Assembly: GCF_000315625.1 (NCBI RefSeq)
Contig: NW_005434641.1
Coordinates: 325,113-389,112, forward strand
Length of the DNA stretch: 64,000 nt
Direction of reading: 5' to 3'
DNA from: Guillardia theta CCMP2712
Lineage: Eukaryota; Protista; Cryptophyta
A program made the position numbers and the translations under genes. The notes beneath the pieces were generated by a model. The model was not told the origin of the DNA and did not search any database. It worked only from the letters and a program-made list of their open reading frames with translations. Of this stretch, positions 1-10,000 are shown piece after piece; positions within the stretch are counted from its first letter, which is position 1; each line of letters starts with the position of its first letter.

Positions 1-2
1 AG

Positions 3-674
3 AGCATCAAGGAGGAGGCGGCCAAGGTCAGCGTGAACCCCAACGACTCCATGCTGGTCGAGCTCGAGGGCATCGGGGAGGAGGACGTGGCCAGGCTGAG
101 CCTCGAGCATGCTGCCACCCAGGGCCTCGTTCCATGGCGCCTCCTCCGCACGAGCACGGGGGGGCTCACCCTGCAGCTGGAGGGCGGCTGGACTCTCAAC
201 GTTCAGCTGGGCAAGTCGGGGGTGGTCAGCTCCGTGCAGCTCGACCGCCAGGAGCCGCCGACTGAGTTCGAGCGAGCGTTGATGGAGCAGGCGGACCTGC
301 ACGGCCTGCTGAGGAGCTGCAGGAAGGCGAGCGAGCTGGGGGATGTGCTGCAGGAGTTGTCCTTCCGCATCGGACGGGTCGTGACGCTCAGCCAGGAGCT
401 CGACAAGCTCTCGCGCATGTGCTTCGTGCAGAGGAGGGTGGACGGCGATGGGGCTCCGGAGCTCTTCACCACCGTCGCTAACCCCGAGCTGGGCTACAAG
501 CTGGGCCTTACGTGGAAGATGTCGTGGCACTACCCTGCTGGGAGGATGCCGCTCTCCATGGAAGTCCTGTCGGGTAGCGCCGATGAAGAGCAGATCCTGG
601 ATGTCACGAGCAGGCACAGCTGCGGCCCCCTCCGCCTGACGAGGATCCTGCGAGAACTATCAGGGAGCGGCTGA
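3..674 (+). CDS. KNL1: 3' part of kinetochore scaffold KNL1/Spc105 (C-terminal tandem RWD domain); gene starts upstream of the window
   Basis: Frame is open from the window start. LQELSFRIGRVVTLSQELDKL and WHYPAGRMPLSMEVLSGSADEEQILDVTSRHSCGPLRLTRILREL follow the Knl1_RWD_C pattern (LQEfS..v.....L.eE...L; YP...lp......G......I...ls.......L..i...l). Confidence 0.6.
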   Translation, partial: SIKEEAAKVSVNPNDSMLVELEGIGEEDVARLSLEHAATQGLVPWRLLRTSTGGLTLQLEGGWTLNVQLGKSGVVSSVQLDRQEPPTEFERALMEQADLHGLLRSCRKASELGDVLQELSFRIGRVVTLSQELDKLSRMCFVQRRVDGDGAPELFTTVANPELGYKLGLTWKMSWHYPAGRMPLSMEVLSGSADEEQILDVTSRHSCGPLRLTRILRELSGSG

Positions 675-777
675 GATGACGCGAAGAGCTCCTGGACTGA
701 CTTGTGTTTTTAACTGCGTTCAATGAATCATCGCTAATGAACTATTTACATGCCCAACGAGAGTGGTTGCTTCTGTC

Positions 778-1922
778 TCAAAGAATAGAACAAAATCGCT
801 TCTTCTTGCCTCCCGTTCGTTGTTTGATGTCGTGGATTTGAATCACATCCTTTTTGTCTGCTTTCCTCTGTCTCTCTTTCTCCTTGACACTCTCATTCAC
901 TTTCTCAACCGTCTCCGTCTTCTTGCTGTCAGTGTTTGCTTTCACGGGTTTGGAACTCGCACTTGCACTCGTGCTCGTATTTGCCTTGTTGGTAGACATC
1001 TCCTCAATACTGGCAAGGCCGCTTTCACCGCCGTTCTGCTCATTCTTCACATACTGTTCACCAAGGTATTCGAAGACCTGCCGAAATGTCAAATACGACA
1101 TCACGTGTCATTGTCTTTGTGACGTTGACAATTTCTCACTTTGTCAACATTCAAGTTTTCACTGACGCATGTTCTGTACAACTTGAGCTTGAGCTTCTTC
1201 GACAGGTTCTCGACTTCCTCCGGGCTAACCTGTACCACAGGTTATCTCCGTCGGTCTTACAGAGGCAGCACGTACAACTGATTGATCGATCAAGTCCACT
1301 TTGTTCTATCGAAAACCGTCAAAGCTGTGAGATTCAGCAGGGAGGAGCACCTGGACCAACACCATTGGGATCTGGCCGACCTCTGCTTCAACCTGCAGTG
1401 ACCGCATGGGTGATCGCATGGTTCCTGAGAGAAGCCGCACCTTTGACTTCCATTTCTCCACAGCCTCAAAGCTGTCTCTATCCACCGTCGAGAAAGCCAC
1501 CACGCACCCGTTGGCGTTGCGGTAATACCTGGGGGGAACAATCAACTGAAACATTCCCGTCAAGAGCCTGTAGAGCTTACGATCGAGTGATGGCGTCGAA
1601 CTCTTCTTGTCCTGCTGTATCCCACACCATGAATGTAATGTTCTGCGCTACACTGTCGATGTATTTCTCTTTCTCGAGGAAGTCAACTCCAATCGTCTTC
1701 TTGTAAGTATCCGTGTATTCTCCTTTGCAGAACCTGCCCGGAGTCGAACTTCACTAACAAGGTCATAAACAAAGTCAATTTCAACCTTCTGATCATGCTG
1801 GACTTTCCCACTCCACCATTTCCCACCACAATTATCTTGATAGTGGCTGAAGGACAAGCTTCAGTATGATCAACGTCTTGTCAAAGACGAAGCTGACTTT
1901 CAAAATCTTCAACAATCGCCAT
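778..1922 (-). CDS. RAB23: Rab23 small GTPase, multi-exon
   Basis: Spliced exons give MAIVEDFE..IIVVGNGGVGKSSMIRR-FCKGEYTDTYKKTIGVDFLEK..WDTAGQEEFDAITRS-YYRNANGCVVAFSTVDRDSFEAVEKW..NKVD; C-terminal CaaX (CSIL). These signatures match Rab23. Confidence 0.93.
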
Positions 1923-4063
1923 GATTGCTATCCACTTTCTCCTCCGAGTATCGGGGGAAAATTTGTTGCAACCTGATACAAGCAAACCTCGTTCTGATGC
2001 CTGTCAGGAAAAGTAGTTGAGTGAGTCAGCAACTCGGATCTCTTTTCTTTTCTTTACCTGCCCTTCAATCTAGAAATTTTCCATCATTCTGTTACGCCGA
2101 ACACGCAGGCTGCAAGCTGTAAGACCAACAGAAGTCAGCAAGTCATCGCCTTTGTACGGATCTGCATTCATCGCTTGGTTCAATTGAGAGCTCGTTTCCT
2201 ACCCCGGGTCCCCATGTATAGTCAGACATTGAGATTTGAACTCTTCTCTTTTGATCCCCGGATACTCCTGGAATCGGGGAGCTACCATTTGATCTCAAAC
2301 TCTCCTTAAGAGTTTGAGATCAAGCAGATCCCTTCGAGCTTCATTCTATCTCTGAACTTGTGCACAAGCACGGTTCTCTCAGAGTCTGACCAAGCACTCT
2401 ATTCATGATCTTGTTGACATCAATATGTTACACCACACAAAACTTTGCAAGATTGCAGTGGTGCTGATACTGTCGTACAGAATGTCGTCGTTTCATCCAC
2501 CACGCCACATGCTACTTTTCGTACCTCCATTTGTGACTTAAACTTTTCACCTGTCTCTTGATCTTCTGGCAGCATTTCTCCGCCGATCTTCCACAAGGTT
2601 ATCCTCACTATAGCATTCATCTACGTCCTGCCTTCTTCAGCCATTCCTCTCTCCTCTCCTCTCCTCTCCCCTCTCCTCTCCACCCACTTCGACCATGGAC
2701 ACCTCAACGGTCCTCCATCCCCTCGCTCAAGGACCCCACCCACAGTCACCGCAAGCCACCCATGTCAAATTGACCCTACCGTGTCATTGTGACCACCCCA
2801 TAGACATACTACCCTTGCTTTACACTATTAAATGGACCCGTTCTGATACCCCAGATTGCTGTGTGGCCAGACCCTGCCTCACTACCCCATCAACCTAATC
2901 TTCTACTACCCCACCCCGTATTCAACTTTTAAAGAACGTACGAACCCCCCTACCCCTCTTTCCCCAACACACACTTATAAAGTACCCGGTCCTCATCCTA
3001 CACAAACACCCCACGATGTGCATTCATTCAACCACGACCCCCGTGATTTCAATATCCCCCGAAACAACGTTTGAAACACCGGTAATCACGGTGCACATGT
3101 ACCCCCTATTCTCATAATCAAAAATGGGGGTATTTCTGGAACGGGTGGTGTAGCACTAAAGTTTCAAACCACCAAGGTGGGTCATATCACCCACCCAGGG
3201 GACCAAAGGAAAAAACAAGGATAAATGCAGGGTAGTCAATGTTATTTGGGATGGGGGGTAGTCAAACAATTTGCTTCTGTTCGAAACAAGGAAGCATTGT
3301 ACCCACCCTATACTCTTCTCCCATTATGAAGTACCCCCCTTTTACCCTTTCAGTACCCCGCCTTTGAAGTTGAAATTGTTCTGCCAATATAGGTGGACCC
3401 CACCCTGTTCCTGTCAGCAAACCCCCACCCCCCTTTACGACCACACCATTCAGCCACCCTAGAAATAAATCATAGACCCACCATACTGAATAAGCTTCAC
3501 ATCAACTACCCCTTCATTTCCTTGATAAATCATATCACCCCTGGTGTGATTATTCAGCCTACGATGCCCCTACCCCTACATTTGTCTACCCCACCCCTGA
3601 TTTTCATGCATCGGATCGTCGCTTCCCCCAGAAGCGGAAGACAGCTTACCCGCCTACCTGCCTCCCTCCTGTCTCCTCCTCCTCGGACTCGAATCACAAC
3701 TTCCGTCCTCCTCCTCCTCCTCCTCCTCTCTCACCTCCTCCTCTCTATCTATCTATCTTTCTATCTATCTCATTCTCTGACCTCTGAATCCTCTTCCCGC
3801 AATCCTTCATTTCTCCCGTATCTCTTTGTCGTGGTTTTGTTCGTCGGGCCTTCTTGTTTCCTGTACTTGCTTGATCTCGAACCCACACTGACTGGTGATT
3901 TGTGGATTTTCCGCTCTTTTTCTATCTCGAAGATCGGGTTGAGTGGTTGCCACTTCTATTTTCCCTGGTCTAAACAACACTTGTTGAATCCGGATAACTT
4001 TTGCCCCCTTTTTGCTCGACTTCAATATCGAAGCTTGCTCCGCATTAACTCTTACGGTAGAAG

Positions 4064-4720
4064 ATGATTGGCGGAGCGTACTTGGAAAAGTGTTGGCAGA
4101 TCCTTGAATCTGGATCTATGAAAAAATATGCACGTCTCTTGGGAGTAACCAATGCTGTGCTCATGTTTGGGATACCGTTCCTTACGCTGATTATCGGAAG
4201 GACTCTAACCGCTTCAAACTTTGTCCTTCTTGTAGTTTTTGGCTTCTTTTGCGCAGTGCTGGAAATGCCTTTCTGCTGCAGCTGTGCGACATTCTGTCTC
4301 AAAATTCAAGAATTGTTTGCGCCAATCGAATCTCGTATGTGGCTAAAAGCTGTCTTTTATCTTGTGCTTGCAACGATACTCATCTCCTGTCAAGTTCATG
4401 TCAAGGGAGGCCCTGCTGGCTGGACGTTCGGTATACTCACAGCCATCAACGCCGTTCTGTACATCCTTGCCGTGTTTTACCCGGATCCAAATGAGGAGAA
4501 AGAGAATGATGCGGGAGAGGGAGTGTCACGTGACGAGGTTCGAAGCCACGACATTGAGCATGGAGCCTCTCCTGCTCTTCCGCCGCCGCCTCCTCCCAAG
4601 GAACAATCGCCCGTTGACCCCAACGCTGCTGGATCTGCGTTGAAGTCTGCCGTTATCAACCACGTGAAGGACAACCCCAAACTTATTCAGGAGGCGTTGA
4701 AAGCTGCTGGCAAGATATGA
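4064..4720 (+). CDS. TVP18/Flower (Cg6151-P)-like Golgi/vesicle membrane protein
   Basis: Single 218-aa ORF with about 4 hydrophobic helices and the motif LEMPFCC...F......WLKAVFY; acidic/Pro-rich tail. Confidence 0.65.
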   Translation: MIGGAYLEKCWQILESGSMKKYARLLGVTNAVLMFGIPFLTLIIGRTLTASNFVLLVVFGFFCAVLEMPFCCSCATFCLKIQELFAPIESRMWLKAVFYLVLATILISCQVHVKGGPAGWTFGILTAINAVLYILAVFYPDPNEEKENDAGEGVSRDEVRSHDIEHGASPALPPPPPPKEQSPVDPNAAGSALKSAVINHVKDNPKLIQEALKAAGKI

Positions 4721-4927
4721 TTTGATTCAGTAGTGTGACTGGCATAGCTGCGCATTCCGAGTGTAAACTAGCAATCATAACACTGAAGGCAGAAGAATGG
4801 GAGACTCGCATACAATCCCATGTCTGATAGTGTCGCAGTCGTGGAGCTGTAAATTGTCTCAAAACCTTAAATTCTTCTTAGTTTAGCAAAATTCCTTTGT
4901 TATGTAGCAAAAGACGTAAGAAGAAAT

Positions 4928-6001
4928 CTAATAAATTTCCATCTCTAACTCTACCTCGTGTCTATCACGTTCTTCTCCCAGCTCGTCTTCCAGCTCACGC
5001 TCACTCAAGAGGGAGCTCCTCCTGGCCGATCGCAAATGCTTGACAGATAAGCTTTCCCACCTCCTCACGTTGGTTTTCCATCTGGTCGGAACCTCCTGGG
5101 GTACAATCGCATCCAGCAGCTCCCTCGGATCTATCAAGTCCTCCGGCTCCTCATTCAAATCCACATTCTTGGGGCAATGGTGGCTGACGAATCTCGGAAC
5201 CTTGATGGTCCTTGCCTTGGCCCCCTTGCTTCTGTTCCATGGAGCTTGCGATGACATGCCTGGCATGAGCGCCGGGTCCTTCGCCGAGTACGTCTTGACC
5301 GTTGGCAGGTGCTCATCCTCAAGGCCCTTCAGCCTGCTCAACTCGTTCTGGTTCTCAGCACTCTTGATTGCTCGTCGTCTGTCATCGAGCCACGCTAGGG
5401 CTCGTTCACGTTTGGCCCAGATGCTGCTCTCGATGCCAAGACGTTTCGCGTTCTCGTTGTCCACTATCCCCAGATTGCTCATTATGTTTGAGATTTCCAT
5501 CTCGTGGTACCTCCACGCGTTGTATTCAGCGTCCGCTCCCCGAACAGACCATGCATGCTTCGAAGGGATTGAGTCAAACTCCGTCAGGCTCAATGCGTTC
5601 TCTTTCAACACTAGAGCACAGTTTGTGCAAACAAGCCAACCCTGTTCGATGTCTAGGTATTTGTTGACTGCAGGATGGCTGCATGTATCCCATGAGAACA
5701 GTGGGTTGCCGTTCTTGTCTAGACTAGGGGTACAGCGTTCAAGGATGACATCCTTCATCTCACTGTGTGAATTCATCGCAGCATGGTCTGCAGCGTACAG
5801 GCCGTTCTTGTCCTTGTGCCATGCGTCACACTGCAAGTCCAGAAGAAGCTGAACCACCATGGCGTTGCCTCGCGCACAGGCTGCCATCAAAGGCGTAGTT
5901 CCATCCACCTCCCTCGCAAAGTTCATTGAGGCAAGAGTGAGACGATCAAGTATCGGCTCAAAGTCTCCCGTCTGGAATGCTGTGAAAATCGCCCAGTCCA
6001 T
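4928..6001 (-). CDS. Ankyrin-repeat protein with TFIIB/BRF-type zinc ribbon
   Basis: DGTTPLMAACARGNAMVVQLLL...DKNGLYAADHA (ankyrin repeats), then CSH...DIEQGWLVCTNCALVLKEN (TFIIB-type ribbon). Start could be 6001 or an upstream Met. Confidence 0.75.
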   Translation of the reverse strand: MDWAIFTAFQTGDFEPILDRLTLASMNFAREVDGTTPLMAACARGNAMVVQLLLDLQCDAWHKDKNGLYAADHAAMNSHSEMKDVILERCTPSLDKNGNPLFSWDTCSHPAVNKYLDIEQGWLVCTNCALVLKENALSLTEFDSIPSKHAWSVRGADAEYNAWRYHEMEISNIMSNLGIVDNENAKRLGIESSIWAKRERALAWLDDRRRAIKSAENQNELSRLKGLEDEHLPTVKTYSAKDPALMPGMSSQAPWNRSKGAKARTIKVPRFVSHHCPKNVDLNEEPEDLIDPRELLDAIVPQEVPTRWKTNVRRWESLSVKHLRSARRSSLLSERELEDELGEERDRHEVELEMEIY

Positions 6002-7050
6002 GGAGGAGCTAGCCGGCAGGGGGCTCAGCGACTCGGGGTAGTATCTTTGCGGGCACATGATGAGGGCTGGCTCTTTCAACTTGTTGTAGTTGAGGAGAGT
6101 TCACCGACTCCTTCTTCTCTCCTCTCTCCTCTCTCCTCTCTCCTCTCTCCTCTCTCCTCTCTCCTCTCTCCTCTCTCCTCCTTCTCTTCACTCTCCTCCT
6201 CCCTTGTCTTTATCCACTAGGTTCCTCCTGCCATCCCGCGTGTAGGTTCTGTAACGACTTGAAACCACCACATCTGTCCAAGTTCAGCCGGGAACTTCCG
6301 AACTCAGTCACCGGTCACCTGTCACTGAGTCAGTTCAGAACTCCGGCCCGGGCGCCCGGCCGCCGTGGCAACCTGACGCATATCATCGTGACTCTCAGCC
6401 GCACGTCCCACCTGACTCCGTGGATCGCATGCCAGCTGCCTTGTTACAACTAAGATCGATATGATGTCTGTATTCAACTTTGGCACAGAACATCATGTCT
6501 AACAAACTTGAGCTCCGTCACCACCAAAGGTCTTTCTCGCCCGATGGACTGGCCGCGGGGGGGCGGGGGGGGCGCGGCACCTTGACTGATGAGCCCGGGC
6601 CTCTTGTGATCCGCGGGCCGGCCCGGCCACTGCCAGGAGGCCCGGGCCCGGGCCGGGCCGCGCTCAGCGGCTCGCCTTGTGAGCCTCGGAGGGGACGGAC
6701 TAGGTATGATAGTATCGGGTGTGGGCCCGGCGGTACCCGGTACTACGAGGCTAGTAGCCGCCCAGTGTCAGTGGCCCAGAGTGACATGATAGGGCAGACG
6801 ACGACGATCATCTTACTTGTACATGACTGTGACTGGTCTGCTAGTGTACATGACGGGCTACCCGGGTTACTTAGCTACTTCATACTGTCTTCCTCTCTGA
6901 TCTTCTGCCCCAGCACGTCGGTGACCTGCGGGATCATGCTCGTGAGCTGCGGCAAGGGAGGCAGGAGGAAGAGGAGGAAGAGGAGGAAGCCTCCGACGAG
7001 GGAGGAGGGAGGAGGGAGGAGGGAGGAGGGAGGAGGGAGGAGGTACAACC

Positions 7051-10000
7051 TTAGGTAGAACTCGTTGGGACCTCCTTGGGATTTCCCAGTTGGAGGAGGA
7101 GGAGGATTTCTTGGACTGAGACTGGAGCATTACAGTCAGACTCTCGCGCTCCTCTCGTCTCCCTCACCTCAGAGTCCCCGAGCGACATGCCGAAGTAAGT
7201 CGCCACCATCTCAGTCTGTGTGCTCACCAACGACGCCGGCTCCTCCGCCGCCGGGTAGAGGGAGGAGCCGCCGGAGCGAGCGGCTGCTTCGGGGAACTCG
7301 TGGACGAACCTGGTGGTCTCCGTCCTGTAGGTATGGACGAACTTGACCGTCCCCGGCACCTGACGCGTGATAACTTCCGAGTAGGTAGTCGTGCGCGAGA
7401 TCTCCCTCCTGTCCTCCTCTTCCTCCCTCTCGGGAGTCCTTGGGGACCTGGAGGGATCGAGGGGGTCGGGAGACAGGCGGCTGGGGGACCAGATGGACTG
7501 AGGCTTCTGCGCCTTTCCTGCTGCTAGCGTGATGTATGCTGTTGGCGGCCTGCTGCTCCCCTTGTCCTCCACCAGACTGTCTTGCGCTCGCACAGGGTCC
7601 AACATGGCGAGAGTGGCTTCGAACAAGGAGTTGTCGGGAGGAGGAGGAGGAGGCTTCCGTTCGAAAAGCTTCTTCGAATCGTTCACGTGCGAGCGGATGG
7701 AGTTCTGAACGCGTTGGATCTTTTTCCTCAGGACCAGCGCCCTCGCTCCCTGCACGTAGATTCTAAAGACGGCGATGCTGAGCAGGACAAACCCTCCTGC
7801 CGCCGCCAGGCTCGCTATCAAGGTCGTGGGGACCTTGGAGCTGGACGCGAGCTGGACAGAGCCGGTCGAGTTGGAGGGAGTCGTGGTGTTGCTCTGAACG
7901 CACATGATGAGGACGTCATCGCAGAGATGCCTTCCTCGCGAGTCGAAGGCGATGGGGATGCTGAGGAGGGCAATGCCGTCTCCGATCCCCGCTTTCTTCG
8001 TCAGAGTCAGGGTGAGCTGAGAGGGGAGGAGAAGGAATGAGGAGTAGAAGGTGAGAGGGGGATGTACAGTGGAAGTTGATGAGGAGGAACGAGGAGCAGG
8101 TGCAGGAGGCAGTGGCGTTTGAGCAGGAGGAGACGCAGGAGGAGGAGGAGGAGGAGGGGGAAGGAGGAGGAGAAGCAGGAGGAGAAGCAGGAGGACGTGG
8201 AGGTACCGTGAGGTCCTGGGCGAGGGAACCTGACTTGACTCCCTCCACGATCATCTGTGCAACTCGGAGGGCCTCGCGCTCGTACGGGACCAGCTGACGG
8301 AAAGTAACCCTGAGAGTCCCCGCCCTCCTCGCCATGTCGGAGAAAGAGTTGATCTGAAGCGTGTCCGGGGTGCTGTTGAAGCGATTGGTGACCACCCTCT
8401 TGAAGGTTTGCTGGAGGAATGACGTCAGCAAGGAGAAGGGGAAGGCGGAGAGTGATGGATGAANNNNNNNNNNNNNNNNNNNNNNNNNNNNNNNNNNNNN
8501 NNNNNNNNNNNNNNNNNNNNNNNNNNNNNNNNNNNNNNNNNNNNNNNNNNNNNNNNNNNNNNNGAGGGAGGGAGGGAGGGAGGGAGGGAGGGAGGGAGGG
8601 AGGGAGGGAGGATGGGTGGTGGTGGAGGAGCGAGAGGGCATGTTCGTATTCTTCTTCGTCGCTTCACCTGAGTGGAGGAGATAAAGAACGTCGCCTCGTC
8701 GATCCCGCTAATGCTCATCTCACAGTACACGTGCGGCTCCCGCAACTCGCACAGCTGGCCCGTCAGCCCGCTGTTGCAGGTGCAGAAGCAGACAGAGGGG
8801 AAGAGCTTGGAGGAGGAGGCGGCATTGCAGGTGATGTTGCAGCAGGCGCTCTCCGTTATGCTGCTGCCGCACGTCTTGAGCACGCAGCCCGGGAGGAGGA
8901 GGGAAGAAGTTCCGCAAGCAGCAGGACGGGCGAAGAGTTCTCGGTCAGTGGAGGACCACTCAACCAGGAAGGAGGAGGCGGCGGGATGGCCGATCCTGCT
9001 CCACAAGGCGATGAGCGCGTTCTCTGACGTCTGCAAGCAGCAGCCCATGCTTCTCACGTAGTCCTCCATGTCTGCTCGGCAGTCGTTGGAGCACTGACCC
9101 CTTGAGAAGTCGAAGGAGGGGCTGAAGGGGCTGCGGGAGAAGTTGGAGGAGGCGGGGGGAGGGCACCGGATGGGGTGAGACGGGAGGAAGTCAGGGAGGA
9201 GAAGATCGCATCGGAGCCCGAGATGGTTGCGAAAGCAGACGGAGCTGAGGTAGAAGAGCGTCTTTGAGAGAACGAGCACCTGGCAAGGAATCGGTCATTG
9301 CTCCTTCTCCTCCTCTCTCCTCTCCTCCTCCTCCTGCTGCTGCTGCTGGTGGTGCTGCTCTCTACACGCACGTCTTCCTCCCCTTCTCTAGCGCACATTC
9401 TCTGTCTCCTCTCTCTCGTTCTGCTCGCAACCTGCTGGAAGATTCGCTTCCCCACAATGTTATCTGACGTGACCCTCGGTGGGTCTCCGCTGTCGATGCA
9501 TCCAGTACAAGCTTGCCACACGGCTCGGCAGCTCTCAGTCGCGTTGGTGAGGAGCTGAGAGGAGGAGGGTCAAGAAGCAGCGCAGGAGGGCAAGTGGAGG
9601 TACGAGGATCAGGTCCTGGTAGCAGCTGCTCGTGCACACGGCTTCGACGGAGGAGCTTGGCATGCCCTTCCAGTTGGCCTCCTGGCGGGAGGGGAAGACG
9701 ATTGCGGCAAGAGAGGAGCAGGAAGCAGTCTGGGCGAGAGCGAGGAAGAGGTTGTCGACCGAGCGATTGCAGAGCTGATAGATGGAAATGAGCTGCTCCG
9801 CCTGCGGAGGAACGAAGAGAGGGACGGGAAGCGCGAAGACTTGCTGCTGGCGGAGTGAGTGGCGGAGGGAGGAGGGGATAGAACTGAACAGGTGGGAGGA
9901 GGATAAGGGAAGAGGTGGCAAGAGGAGAGGATGGAAGATGGAGGAGAGGAGAGGAAAGGAGAGAAGAAGTGGGGAGGAGGAGAACGAGAAGGATGGAGGA

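Noticed and set aside
5040-5852. 270-aa + strand ORF (and many similar antisense ORFs)
   Set aside because: Shadow frames opposite well-supported genes in GC-rich DNA.
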